Positions 39,355 to 52,444 of a stretch of DNA of 64,000 nucleotides are shown one piece after another. The stretch covers positions 5,343,757-5,407,756 of the forward strand of contig MU054187.1 in NCBI GenBank assembly GCA_013239625.1, read 5' to 3'. A program made the position numbers and the translations under genes. This DNA is from Lama guanicoe (taxonomy: Eukaryota). How positions within the stretch are numbered: the first letter of the stretch is position 1; every line of letters starts with the position of its first letter. A model generated the notes under the pieces. That model had not been told where the DNA came from. It made no database searches and saw only the letters and a program-made list of their open reading frames with translations.

Positions 39355-39896
39355 TGTGGTGAGGAGAATGATGCCCACCCCTACCCCAGACTACCGTGTC
39401 CTAATTGTGAAAACCGGTGACTGGGTCACTACACCTGCCAAAAGGGATTCTGCCACAGTGAACACGTCAAGGATACTGAGATGGGAAAGTTAGCCTCCAT
39501 TGTTGAGGTGGGCTCCATGTCATCACAAATGTTCTTATAAGAGGGGGGCCGAAGTGTCAGAGTCAGAGATGGAGCTGTGACAGTGAAACTGAAGGAGAGA
39601 GAGACAGAGACAGAGAGACCATGAGATTGAGGGGAAAAAGAGAGATTTGAGGATGTTACGCTGTCGGCCTGGAAGGTGGAGGGAAGGGCTGTGAGGCAGG
39701 AAGGAGGCCAACTCTAGAAGCTGCAAGAGACAAGAAATGGATTCTTTTCTAGAAGAATCTTCCCTTAAAAGGAACACAGTATTTCCAGCATCTTGATTTC
39801 AGCCTTGTAAGAACCACATTGGACTCCTGATCTGCACAAACTGTGGGCTATTTAAGTTTGTAGTAACTTGTTACAGTGGCCATAAAAATTAACACG
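39355..39896 (+). mobile_element. MaLR LTR (MLT1D-like)
   Basis: aaaagggattctgc...ctctagaagctgcaagagacaagaaatggattct...taagtttgtagtaacttgttacag. Confidence 0.85.
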
Positions 39897-40472
39897 TATC
39901 TTTTCCTTTTATGAGACTGGAGGCTCCATGAGGGCATAGCCATGTGGATCTTATTTATTATTACACCCATGAACCCTGGGAGAGAACCCAGCATTCACGG
40001 CGCAGAATAAACGTGGTGAATTAATACATGTTTTATATTCCAAATGTGGATTAATAGTCCCTGTGCCTGTTTCTGGTTTTTCATTATATAACTTTACCTG
40101 TAAAATTCCAAGCCTCCTCCCTGTCAATAAATTTCTGATGCTCCTCTCAGTGTCTAGATCAAAAACGTATCTTCTCCAATAAACTTCATCAGACCAGCTG
40201 TTTTTAAATTTGTTGACTGCCCAGCACTGAAGCTCCCGTTTTCATTTGTGCTTTTTATTTTTTCATTTTTTCATCTGTAGAGTGGATTGTTTTCTAGTTG
40301 TTTCCTGTACTACATTTATCTCTTCATGTAGATGATAATTTTTTTCCAATCAAATTCCAGGTTATGTACACAGCTAGTATACTTTTAGTTGTAACTCAGC
40401 TTCCTGATCAAGTTTTTGTTTAGTTTTTACGGAATTTGTTGATGAAATGTTGAGTTTGGCTTTTGTTGTTGT

Positions 40473-40696
40473 GTGGGGTTTTTTTTTTTTGAGTTACGAA
40501 TTTTTAAAAAATATTATTGAAGTATAATTGGGAGGGAGGGATAACTTGGGAGTTTGGGATTAGCAGATACAAACTACTATATACAGAACAGATAAATAGC
40601 AAGGTCCTACTGTATAGCACAGGGAACTATATTCAATAGCTTGTAATAGCCTATAATGAAAAGGGATATGAAAAATAATATATATATATAGTTGTT
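40473..40696 (-). mobile_element. 5'-inverted (twin-primed) LINE-1 3' fragment
   Basis: poly-T plus antisense terminus ttattgaagtataattg, then a sense 3'-UTR segment; flanked by ttttgttgttgt repeats. Confidence 0.7.
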
Positions 40697-40726
40697 TTTT
40701 GTTGTTGTAGACAGAGTCTGTCCCAC

Positions 40727-40817
40727 CTCCTTCCGACGTGGCTCTGACAACTCGCCCGGGGCCCACGACGCCCTCTGCAGCATTTTCTTCCACTTCTGCT
40801 CTCCACAGTTTAAAGGT
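40727..40817 (-). pseudogene. Exon-like segment, 91 nt: PLNCGEQKWKKMLQRASWAPGELSEPRRKE
   Basis: Acceptor tatatccag, donor GAG|GTGGGA; SWAPG is shared with 15353-15370. Confidence 0.4.
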
Positions 40818-41896
40818 CTGGATATACAACTTGCCAGATTTCATTAAACAAATATTTTAACAGCTATATTAGCAAAATGACAGATTTTTGGTAATTTTTT
40901 TTGTTGAAATATTTGGTGGCTATTAAACATATCAGATTTCCTTTACTATTTAACTGAAGCTAGAATTATTTTAGTGTGTGTTTAACAATGATGACAGTTC
41001 ATAAAGCACTGGGGGAAAAAAGACATGGGGTGACTAGCCAAGCATGGAGCGCAGAGTCTGCTGTAAATATCAAAGATGAATTTGTCACAAATCACCAGAT
41101 TTAGAACATAAAATACCCTTGAGCATGAAGTATACATAAACCACCACAATCTTATGTTACATACGCGCCATTGCAGTCCAGCAGCAAACTATGTTTAGAA
41201 GAGCTCGCCAGCTTTTCCTTCCCGTTATCAAGCACCAAATGTGTCTTTAACTGCTGCTTAAAACACCATCACGAAAGAATAACATCCGAAGTACAGATTC
41301 AGTTTTGTGATGATCGTGGGAGGAAACCGTATCCGTAATCTCCACGACAGAGTGTCTTCTGGGAGGTGAGGAGTCTACAAGTCTGCATTTAGGCTGCACA
41401 CTGATTATGACATCACCTTTATCCAATAACCCAAAAAATCAACATTGCTGCTTTTAAACAAAAGATAGAAAACAACCTGAAACGACTTAGGTTGCAATTA
41501 AGAGTTCTGTTTTTATTAGAGCGTTGCAATAGATCCAGGAAGACGTTTGTGAATGTATAGAGTGTAATTCTGTTACATGTGGACAAATTCCAGTTAAAAA
41601 AATTAGAAACCATTGTATAAAACCATGAACACTAAACAAAAAGCCAGATAAGATTTGCTGTGAGAGAGAGGTTAAGTTCTATACCAAAAAAAAGAGTGTG
41701 TGTTCGCAATGGTCTGTGAATACATTAGTTACCAAATACTCAGTAGCACAAATGACTTGTTTAATATTGCTTAACTGCAAGAAATATTTGTTAAATGTCC
41801 ACCAAACATCAAGTGAATTTTTTATGTGTATCAGACCTCTAAAGCTGAAAGCCGAATGATTAGACATTCTCTATAAACTAAGATGAATCAAATACT

Positions 41897-41899
<3 letters not shown>

Positions 41900-41933
<34 letters not shown>

Positions 41934-42095
41934 CGATTTCTGGTGTGCAGCACAATGCTTCAGTTGTACATGAACATACATATATTCGTTTCCGTATTCT
42001 TTCCCATTGTATGTTACTACAAGATATTGAATATAGTTCCCTGTGTTCTACAGTATGAAGTTGTTGTTTATCTATTTTATATATATTAGTTAGTA
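41900..42095 (-). mobile_element. LINE-1 3' end with (TG)n tail
   Basis: (TG)n then tttctggtgtgcagcacaatg...gatattgaatatagttccctgtg. Confidence 0.85.
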
Positions 42096-43414
42096 ATCAT
42101 GTAAATGAGCTGAGGCTTACATTTGTGTCAAACGAGAATCTGAAAACTTAAAACATCAAATCCAAGTCATTTTTTTTCAGTTAGGAGGGCATCGGTGGAG
42201 TTAGAGGTGGAGCCGTGAAGCTCTGATTTCCCATTGGTATTCCTTTGGGTCTGGCCAGTAAGGAGAAGGGCTTTGAGGACATTCTAACAGGGAAAAAGGG
42301 AGAAGAAAATTAAGTCAAACAAATGGGGAGGTGCAGCCACATGAAGACTCAGAAGTCAGTGTATATTCTGTACAGAGCATGCTTGCATCCACTACTTACT
42401 GTCTAAAATGATTGAGTTGAAAGGAAAATACATACACCATCCTCTAACCTTCTACTTCCTTTGAGCTTCACTTTAATATGCATTCTCCTCATATGCAGTT
42501 AAACAAATAGAAAGATAAGGGGGAAAACCCACATATGTAGGCTCTATAATATGTTCATTTAAAAATAAGTTGAACATCCTTTAAGTTAGTTTCCTTATGT
42601 TTGATCTCTAACATGGCTTCATGCCTGACCAAGAAACTTATGACTTTGTTAAGAAAATTCAAAATTTTTAAAGTAGATTATTTGTGTCTTGGGATCTAGT
42701 GTTTAGGACCACCATCCTTGGGCAGAAGGTGCTAAAATCAACCTGACTTTCTAACTCACTGATTGCTATTACTAACACGAAGTTGGGAGAACTAGAAACT
42801 GTATTTTCTAAATGTCAGATAATCAGGTTTACATAACCTTATTATAGTTGTTCTTTAGTACAGTGGCCTTTGGATATGAATCTACGTGGCCATAAAGAAA
42901 AGAAAAGGCACTTTCATGCCATCTAGCACAAAGGTAGCCTGGTGATAAAATAAATAGGAAAGGAATATTCTTATCATTTCAAGCTATTTTATTTAAATGT
43001 CTAAATAATCCCACTAAATTTTTTTTTGGATTTGGAGATCAGAACATTTATTCTGCTCAGAGGTTTAGTATAAGTTTGAAAATCATGCGGAAAGTAGATG
43101 TTTAACTTCTTTTTTGCCATTATGAGTTGTCACCAATATCTCATTCTTTATCATCGAGTATCAATTTATGATGAAAGAATGTATTATGGCTGCCCTCAGC
43201 TCAGATGATTTCATTGCCATTTTACAAGTAACGTATTTTGCATAAGATTTGCTGGGAAACTTGAGCATCCATATGTGCTACACATCTCCTTTTAAAGTAG
43301 CTATTTCCATACACTGTGCATAGTCAGGTACATAAAACCAGTCTTATTCTACTCATGTTATAACCAAATCTCTCCTTTTGAAGTTGTAAGAACAAATGTA
43401 GGAATGGATTTTAC

Positions 43415-43493
43415 TTGTTCACCACTGAGCAGTTATTTCTCAGTCTCTGTTCATGATTGTCCATTTTCTTCATATGAGAGTATCTATTTCCAC
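43415..43493 (-). pseudogene. Exon-like module, 79 nt: (G)GNRYSHMKKMDNHEQRLRNNCSVVN (or YSHMKK/WTIM with a 1-nt shift)
   Basis: Long pyrimidine tract ttttctttcttgacttcccgag, donor CAA|GTAAAA; MKKM..DNH resembles MKRM....DNH. Confidence 0.4.
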
Positions 43494-43650
43494 CTCGGGA
43501 AGTCAAGAAAGAAAATCAAGCAATTGAACAGAAAAGAATTCTGAAAATTCTAAAAACTGTAATTTAAGACATTTTTCTGTAGTAACAGATGGCTTGAAAC
43601 TACTTATTGAAAAAGCGTTTGGTATTTTCTAGAAAAACCAACACCATGGC

Positions 43651-44182
43651 TGCGGTAGGCAGCCTCTGAAAGGTCTCCCATTAACTCCTACCTGCTAGTA
43701 TTCATGTCCTTGAGTGTCCCCTCCTCCCTCCTTAGTGTGGGCTGGGTCTAGGGAGTCACATCAATGCATAGAACATAGCCTCCAAGATTAGGTTATAAAA
43801 ACAGAACTTCCATCTTGTTTTTCTCTTTCCTCCCCATGACCCCTTCCTCCTGTGTGGGAAGCAACCTGCCATGTTGTGCGTGATCCTATGTAGAGATCTA
43901 TTTCTGTAAAGAACGAATGTCTTCAGCCAGTAGCCAGTGAGGAGCTGCCGGTGGCCACGTGAATGAGCTGGGAAATGGGTTCTTCTAAGACCAACAGCCA
44001 CGTGAGTCCAGCACTGAGGTGACTGTAGCCCCAGCTGCACCTTGACTGCAGCCGTGCAAAGGCTCCTGGGTCGGGGGCCCTCCAGCAAGCTGAACCTGGG
44101 CTTCTGACTCAACAAACTGTGAGATGATAAACATTTGCTGTTGGAAGCTGCTAAGGAAAAAATAAGCAATATGATGAATAAC
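43651..44182 (+). mobile_element. MaLR LTR (MLT1F-like)
   Basis: tgcggtaggcagcctct...; aaactgtgagatgataaacatttgctgtt. Confidence 0.85.
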
Positions 44183-44566
44183 ACCAAAGTACATGCCAGT
44201 TTTCCCAAGCATCCAGAAAAAACACGCTAAGTGACTTAGGAAATCAAACTGTTATCAATTTTTTAACAGCAGTACCTTTTAGTAGGTAAGAAAAGGAAAT
44301 ATGACTTATAAATTTGGGGACATTGGGGGATATTTTTCTCGTGAACATTTTCTAAAGAGTCTACTAGTGTATTAGCTTCCGACAATGAAAATGATGAGTA
44401 AAACGCTGACGTAGGACTCATTTTACTGCATGAAAGTGTTCTGCGCTGATCTCAGAGAGGTTCTTATCCATTCCCATAGTGTAAGCCAGAAACTCTAACC
44501 AGCTAATGAATTTTCCTTTTGAAGATCACACAGGTAATAGGCAGAGTATTAGGGTTGATCTGACAC

Positions 44567-44649
44567 TTAGTCTTTTGGTTTCTACTACATTATCATTCTT
44601 GTCCCATAAGGTAGATTTTCCTTCAAGAGGAATAATCCATTTAAACGAG
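44567..44649 (-). pseudogene. Exon-like module: SFKWIIPLEGKSTLWDKNDNVVETKRL
   Basis: Acceptor acttctttttaag; WII...GK...W matches 26319-26401. Donor weak. Confidence 0.35.
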
Positions 44650-44844
44650 CTTAAAAAGAAGTAATGGGTTGTTTTAAAAGCAAAGAAAGAAACATTTCCT
44701 GATTACTTAGGACTTTACAATTTTAATGTTTTATACATTTGTTCTATGTCTGATGTGGTTTGAATTATGCATTTATGCTTTAATAAATAAATGGTATTTA
44801 TATCACACGAAATTAAAAATAATAAATCACATTTTATTAGTTAC

Positions 44845-44945
44845 TGGAGAAATACACTGAGTGGATATGATCGTGGGTTCGTAATTGTTCGTGGTTTTTA
44901 TCCTTCATTTTGCTATCCTTGGATACTCATCCAAGCTGCTAAAAT
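44845..44945 (-). pseudogene. Exon-like module: (D)FSSLDEYPRIAK*RIKTTNNYEPTIISTQCISP
   Basis: Acceptor gcttttctccag|AT, donor CCA|GTAACT; Y-x5-stop at the position of the module Trp. Confidence 0.4.
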
Positions 44946-46309
44946 CTGGAGAAAAGCACCTGACCACTAAGGAGCAGCAAACTAGATTAATGAAAGTCTG
45001 GGAAAAAGTTCCGAGTCCTGCTGGGACTTGCCAATCTTCAAACAGTGATGGAAACTTCGCTTAGGGTCACATGGCAGAAATCCAAGTGCTATTAAGCGTG
45101 GATCAAGATAAGAAAATGGGATGTCTTCAGATTTCAGGGGTTTAGAGACAAAATTGCCTCCTCAAACTCTCAGGCGACACTTCAATTGCTCATTTCTATG
45201 AGCACCACAAACCTTTACCTAAGCAGGAAATCCCACCTAGTTAGTTTCATATTCATTGTTAGAGTAGTCAAATTTATCATTCATTTTTTTCAGTTAAATA
45301 GTCAAACTGTATCTATTTAACAGTAATTAAATAACTTCTTATTATGGCGTTTTACAGGCGTTTCCAATAGAGATAACTTAGAGCATAGCTTTAAGGTGAT
45401 GAAGAAAATGTTAGAAGTAAGGAAGGAGCCCTATGTATTTTCTGTTTTTGATGCACATGTCAAATCACTTCTTCTCTTCTATCAGTTAAAAATATGATAC
45501 AGAATAAGGAGAAAAAATTATAAAATATTCATTAATAAAAATTTGTTGGAAAATATTAAAAATTAATTACTAGTTTTTAAAAATGTTAATTACAGTAAGT
45601 CATTTCACTTTTGATTAGCTTAAGCAAGCAAACTAAAAAAAGTTTGGATAACTTAAGATAGTATCTAAACATATTCCCAAAATATTCTAATATTTTTTTA
45701 AATGTATACGTTTGTATGCATGTGCTCAATTTTTAAGATAACACTTTAAAATGATATTCTAGGATCAGCATACATAAACACTCATGTTGTCTGTAATGGT
45801 AACTTAAATTGTTTTTCCTGACAGAATCCTTCAAAGAACCTGTAATATTTATATCTTTACTTTTTTCACATTTTATTTCAGAAAACCTCACTATTATACG
45901 TTCTTGGTGACTCCCAGCACTTTATTTTTCTCAAGTGATTCTATAACTTTAAAAAGGACGCAATCCAATCCCTTATAAAATGGCCTTTGTTATAAAAAAT
46001 GTCCTCATTTCCTTCTGTAGGAAAGATACTCTAAAAATAAGCCTAGCTTTCTTGTTGCTTTCCCTTCTTCTTCACCATCTCTCTTCCTTCCTCCTGGGGA
46101 CTGGTAGCCATGCAGACAGGTTTCTTTCACTGTCTTTGAAAATTGTTTTCATTATTTACAGTGCTCTCTCTGGAGCTGAAATTTTTTTTTTCCATTTTCA
46201 ATATTAAATATTTGATTTTTGATTTTTGGAACTTTTGGCAAGCCCAGCCATTTTTGCTATATTTGTCAGTCAAAGGATTAAGAAATAAATTAATTAAAAT
46301 AAATCAAGA

Positions 46310-46400
46310 AGGGGTGGGGGTAGGCTCAGTGGTAAAGCACATGCTTAGCATGTGTGAGGTCCTGGGTTCAATCCCCAGTGCCTCCATTAAAAATAAAAAT
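46310..46400 (+). mobile_element. tRNA-derived SINE (Vic-1-like) with an 18-bp TSD
   Basis: A box ggctcagtgg, B box ggttcaatccc; TSD aattaaaataaatcaaga at 46292-46309 and 46398-46415. Confidence 0.9.
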
Positions 46401-47267
46401 TAAAATAAATCAAGACGTTTACATTCTTATAATAAATTATATTGACTACTACTGAATGTGGAAAACATTTGGTTCACTCAACACCCATCGCACCCCCATA
46501 TTCCTTATTTCATCTATGGTAAAGCTGGAAAATTAAATTCTGAAACCCCAACCTCCTTTGTGGCACTGTGGTTACAAAGTGAATAAAGAAATAGTGTAGG
46601 TGAGAGGCAACTGATAAACCAGCCTCTAGAAGACAGTGTGGTAAGTGTGACGGAGGGTGGCGTGTGCACAGAAATCGCTGGGAGCACGTGGGAATATTTA
46701 CCATTTACCACACATTTCAAGTCCACAATCTCTGGAGGTAAAGTTGTTATAAACATAATAAATTACAGCCGTGTGCCCAGTGGAGAGACGTCACGACAGC
46801 CTGGGGTTTCGCTCAGAGATGGAAGTAGGGAAGCCTGTCCCATGTCCTATTTCAGTGCAGTGATTTTGGAGGGATAATTCTAAAATGACACCAGAACGTA
46901 TTAGAAAATGGGAAACCAGACTCGTCATCTTTCTTCTATATTCAGCACCTTATTCCCCCTTTTTAAACTTTCTGTCCAGAGATCCTCAGAGCCCTCTTGA
47001 GTTCACTTTTTCTTTCCTCACGCCTAGGCTGGCATCCGGTCCTGTCAGTTACTCCCAGGTATGGGAGCGGATTTTTCTCTTCTTATTTCTTTCTTTCCCC
47101 CACCGATGTTCCACTAGCCAAGGGTCTCTTCACCACCTTCACAATTTTCATGATAATTTTCTATCTGATCTTTTGGATTCTAGTCTTTACCTCTAGACCC
47201 ACCTTTATCCTATCCTGTGATTACTTTTTCTAATTAACAGTCATCTCAGGAAGCTTGGGTGTTGCCT

Positions 47268-47450
47268 GTGGGAGAATGGCTCATTGCTCCGTGTTCGTCA
47301 CTCCCTCCCTGTTTGCCCTGGGACCCTGCAGCGCCGCCCCCTGGGGTCTGGGCCACGTGACTTGCCCTAGCATTGGGATATGGCGGAGTGGTACAGTACC
47401 AGCCAGTTCTGAATCAAAACCTAAGACGCGTCACATGTCTCCCCTTGAGA
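47268..47450 (+). mobile_element. Old MaLR LTR 5' fragment (MLT1H/I/J-like)
   Basis: gggccacgtgacttgccctagcattgggatatggcggagtg. Confidence 0.55.
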
Positions 47451-48150
47451 TACTGATACGGTCAAAGTGAAAAATGGGTTTAAAAAACGATGACTCCTGT
47501 GAATCTATGTTGTCCCTGGTAAGGCTGCTAACCACAAGCTGCCTTGGCCGCTAATCTCTTCACAAACGGGTCTTTTGTGGTCAGGCTGTGCTGTCTGCTG
47601 CAGGATTTCTTTCAAAGTGAACACTTGCTTGGTTTGGCTGATTCGGACACTCAGACCTGAAGTAGAGGAAAATAGGCTAATTTTTTAAGCCTGTCCTCGC
47701 TTAAGAGGGATGAGTCCTGCTGGCTCTGAATCCCACAGGGCCACAGAAAATACACAGCCTCCCTTCTCCTCGCTGCCCTGAAACAGGCATCTGAGGAATC
47801 TTCTCTCCCTTGTTTCTTGGCAAAGTCACAAGGCTCTAGAAACCTGGCTGGAAAAAAATCTTGTGGGTAGACGCTCTGAGGCAGGTTCCAAGACAGGTAG
47901 AGCCTTCCTTTCTCCAGCAACTGGGGAAAAGGACAAGCCTGGAAGAGGTTTTCTGCAACCGGAGATGAATAGCTCACACATCAAACACAGACAGCTTTGT
48001 ACACGTTCTCTCTACATGATTCTCTTCATTCCCTTAATGAGGGTCCTTTGATCCAGAGAGGGGCTTCAGAGGGGTTGTAAGCATGGCTGTGTATATGTTC
48101 TCTCTTCACCGTAGCATTCAGTGGGCTCTTAAAGGCAAGGATGATGAAAT

Positions 48151-48155
48151 TAATA

Positions 48156-48207
<52 letters not shown>
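48151..48207. repeat. (AAT)n microsatellite
   Basis: Directly visible. Confidence 0.95.
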
Positions 48208-48210
<3 letters not shown>

Positions 48211-48279
48211 TAATATAATAAGCAACGATTGATCTATGTACTTTGGGCTCCCCTATTGTTAGCCTCATTGTGTTTCTCT

Positions 48280-49390
48280 CCTGCTTATCGTCTTTACCCC
48301 GAATTCTTCATGTACCCTCCACACCCCAAACCTGCTTTTCCTCCTGGGCCCTAGTTCAATGCATATGATCGCCATCCACACAGGGGCCCATGCTGGAAAC
48401 ATCATAATCTTGTATGACTCTTGCCCTTTGCTTTTGTCCCACGTCACACACGAAGTAGATCCTGGCGTTTCCTCCACGCTGCCACGCCGATATTTCCCGG
48501 GTCCTTCTGCTCCTCCATTCCTGCCAGGAAAGCCACCAATGTCTCCCACTCCTGGAACAACTTTCTAAGTGGGGTCCCGGCCTCCAGACGTAGCCCCTCC
48601 AATCTGTTCTCCAGCTCAGGGAGTCTGTTGAAAAACTGAAACTGATTATTAAAAACTTACGTGTGTGGCCATTAGTCAGAGAACCAACACAGACTGGACC
48701 TTAGCAAACAGGCCTTTATGACCACTCCCTGCAGGCTCCACGTGTCACTTCCCCGTTCTCAGTTGGTATTGTCATCACACTAGATTTCTCATGAGCTCAT
48801 GATTTCATAAGATCTCATGATCCTGCTTCTAGCATCTGGCAGGTACTGTTCCTGCCCCCTGCAACACTTGTTTACCCCCCCCCCGCCACTGTCCCTCTTA
48901 CTTATCTTCATGGCTCAGGTTGGACATCACGTGCACTAAATTAGATCACATGCCTGATGGATGCAGACTAGGTTACCTCTCCTGCCCTACGTAACCCCAG
49001 CACTCTCTGTACCTTCTCTGTCACCGCACGGTCTAGAAGCTTCATCATCAATCCACATTTCCATAATCGTCCACAGTAGCTCTTGCTCCAAACATCCCCA
49101 AATACATAACAAGGTAAAATCAGTCCCTGCTGTGCCAATGCAGCTTCAAGACAAGCCTCAAAGGTGTGCCTTCAACCAGATTGCCAACACTAAACTCATC
49201 CTATGGGGAAATTTTGGAGCTTTCATTGACATTTCCTCTGATTTTTAAAATGTGTTTATCTGTTGCTCCTGTATGCCTGCAAACACTCCAGTGGCAAGGT
49301 CTAAGCTCCCTACCCCCCACCCTGTGCTCACTGTTTCATCCCTAATACAAACCTGGCATGGTGCTCGATAAATACTATAGAATTCATACA
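48280..49390 (+). mobile_element. Degraded L2 LINE interrupted at 49065-49262
   Basis: Pyrimidine-rich L2 body and tail cctggcatggtgctcgataaatact. Confidence 0.6.
49065..49262 (+). repeat. About 200-bp direct duplication, copy 1 (partner 50758-50957)
   Basis: Near-identical sequence read directly. Confidence 0.95.
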
Positions 49391-50757
49391 TTTTCTGACT
49401 GTATCTCTGACTTCTACAGTTTCAAACAAAGTTGGGCTGAAGATGAGAGTTTAGAGTGAATAGTGATCTCCCTCTTGTGAATATCCGTTCACCGATGCCC
49501 GTTGGATAATGCAACTTAGCAAGCAACAAATCCGGATTGTACAGGTTTTTTTCCATTGCGACCACACATCCATTAGTGGAAATTTTGTCAAATGCCTTGA
49601 TGAAACCCAGCTGATATCGCTCCTGAACTTTCAGAAAACAAATAGATTGTGAGAACCTCAGACTCTTAAAACAGAACATTGTCCATACCTGAGGAGCTCA
49701 TGGTCTATTTAGGGAGACGTGTGTAAGTGAGTATCTCACAACATCACAGGGGCCATAAGAGAGTCAAGAGGAAAGCAGTCTTCAAGAACAAAGACCAGCT
49801 CTGCAGTTGGCTCTCTATGATTTGTTCCTTGTGTGTGTCCAACCTGGTTACTAGTGATCACTGATTTCCCGTCCACAGGTTCGCATCTCAAATAACTAAC
49901 CAACTGCTCTAGAGCTTTGCCTTAATTCTGCAGAAACACAAGTAGTTTGAGGAATAAAAAGACAGAAGGAAAAAGATGACGCATCTATGGTTTGTTGAGG
50001 GTACCTTCTGAAACCCTTGAAACCAAGATAACATTTATCCTTCCCTACTATCTCCTTAATGGCTGCTGATGGGAGCTGAGGGCTCTCTGGGACGCAGTCT
50101 TTCAGTACCTTAGAACAATTCAGCTGGGTCCAGAAAATTGGATTCATTTTGAGTAGCTTGGTGCCCTCTTACAATCTCTTCACTTATCGTTCAGTTTCAA
50201 TTCCCCATGCCCACTATATTTTCCACTCTGTCCAGTCTGAAGATTATTCTCTTTGGCAGGGAGGACAGAAATAAAATAGGAGGTTCCTGTTTCCTTTCAC
50301 TCTTTCTTGATCTGCTAACTTTATACCATCTGTCCATCATCGACAAGATTACCGCTTAGGCTTTCCCTTGTGTGGGACAGAGCTAAAAGACACTGTACCT
50401 TCTGCCTCTGCCGAGCTTCAGTCTTCACAGCACAATACTAACCGTAGATACTGAATGCCCACATATTTACATTCCCTTCGCTGTCACTTTTCTTTCTGAG
50501 CAGATAAGAACTTCTCAAATATTATAACAGTAATCATACAGTCACGGGTAGACACTGGGAAGTCATCTAGTGGCCACAGGGTAGGCGGTTTTACAGGTGT
50601 CTACCTGAGGCGCTGTGAAACTAAAAGACTTTCCTGCAGGTAGCATGCTAATAAATGGGCAAACGTCTTCTGATTCCAAGGACACTCCTCTTCCCAGAAG
50701 ACTCTCTCTTACCTTGTCATTGACAGCACAATTATTTTTCCCAGAGAAAGCACTGCA

Positions 50758-50957
50758 AATCGTCTACAGTAGCTCTTGCTCCAAACACCCCCAAATATAT
50801 TAACTAGGTAAAAGCAGTCCCTGCTGTGCCAATGTAGCTTCAAGACAAGGCTCATAGGCGTGCCTTCAGCCAGATTGCCAACACTAAACTCATCCTATGG
50901 GGGAAACGTTTGAGCTTTCATTGACATTTCTTCTAACTTTAAAAATGTATTTATCTG
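50758..50957 (+). repeat. About 200-bp direct duplication, copy 2
   Basis: Near-identical to 49065-49262. Confidence 0.95.
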
Positions 50958-52353
50958 GTTGTTACTTGGATTAATGAGACTTTGAAGCAGCACTCCATAT
51001 ATTTTACTGTGGTTTTTAAAGCACTGTGAGATTTTCTGTAATATGTGTATGCTTACATATGTTCCCAGATAGAGATACCCCCTTACTTTTTCACTATGGC
51101 ACTTTGCACAATGTTGTATCAACGCAGACATTTATAAATGATGTTTACAATGCTCTCCTACCTGGTTATGTTTCAGAATAAACTGAGATCTTATATTTAA
51201 AATAATGGCTCTTTCATACAAATACCTGTTCTTTTTTATAAAGCATCTATACTTAAATCTTATGATCTTACTGCTATTCAAAAATCAAACATTTCATTGA
51301 TGTAGTATTATTGCTGGCTTGCTTCAGAGTAAAACCATAAATCAATATGGAAATGAAAGTAGGTATAATCTTAAAAATGATTTAGGATAATTGAGCTCTT
51401 TAATATCTTCGGCCAAAATAACAAAACAATATGACAACAAGAAACTGATCAGCTTTCTCGTGAAAGGGATCACGAACACACTCATTTTATTTCACGTTTA
51501 CGTAAAAATACAAAGACTTGTAAGTTGTGCTCCTAATCTGTTCTTTGCTTGAGAACGGTAACCTCATAAAAAGAGAATCTGTTCCTAGAGCTTGTTCGGC
51601 TAGAATATTCTGTGTGGACACAAGGGTATAGTTTCGTGTTCTGGGACTTGTAATGGTGATTATGATGTATTATAAGAATAAACATATTGAATAAATGAGC
51701 ACTTCCCCCCCGAGGATATCATAAACTACACGAGGCTAACTAATCTTAGCAAAATTTTGGTTGCAAAATAACCAAATAACTTTGTCACAATAATTGCTCT
51801 AACGTCTCATTAGCTAGTGTTTCTTGCCCCTTGCGTGAGTCATGTTTGGGTTGTTACCCTTTTACACGCATAATTGGTACGATGTAATTCACGTTTATTT
51901 TTTCACTGAATCCTTATACTTGATAGGCTTTTCTGATCAACTTGATTATAAAATCACTGGTAATAGGGAGGACGCATTACACATCTTTTTTCCCTTCTCA
52001 CTGCCACCTGCCTTACCCATCAGCTCCTCATGTTTAGAATAGTCCCGAGCATGCAGCAACAGGAAATTAATATTTGTTCAAGAAACTTTGGTTTTAATTG
52101 AGAAAATTAAATAATTAATTATAAAACAGATAATCACCTGGGGTACTTTTGTACAGTTTTGGGGGAGATTTTTAAAAGAGTGGCTTATATAATAATAAGC
52201 CTTTGTGATCTTTAGACCTTTTTCTCCTGGATTATTTCCAACTTCATAAAAAGTCTGGCACATAGACTTAGCGTATTAATAATTATGGGGAAACAAAACC
52301 TTCAGAGACTCTCGATAAAAACTATGCCCATACTTACAGCTGCTATTACTTAC

Positions 52354-52444
52354 TACAACCATTCCATAAATCAGGCTTTCTACCTTAAAACAAGAATCTG
52401 GCTTCTTATTCTAACAGCATAGCTTGTTCTAGACCAAGGAACTC
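52354..52444 (-). pseudogene. Exon-like module, 91 nt (1-nt frameshift): (G)VPWSRTSYAVRIRSQILVL/GRKPDLWNGC
   Basis: Acceptor tattgttttaatttag|GA, donor GTA|GTAAGT. RKPDLW resembles RRPSGW; the N-terminus resembles the 6175-6243 exon. Confidence 0.5.

Noticed and set aside
43756..44208. Longest ORF (150 aa) with a signal-peptide-like start
   Set aside because: Lies antisense within an MLT1 LTR and starts at a non-ATG codon; chance ORF.
46310..46385. tRNA-like A/B boxes
   Set aside because: SINE head with an A-rich tail and TSD, not a tRNA gene.
48789..48802. 14-bp palindrome TCATGAGCTCATGA
   Set aside because: Part of a short degenerate tandem repeat with no functional context.
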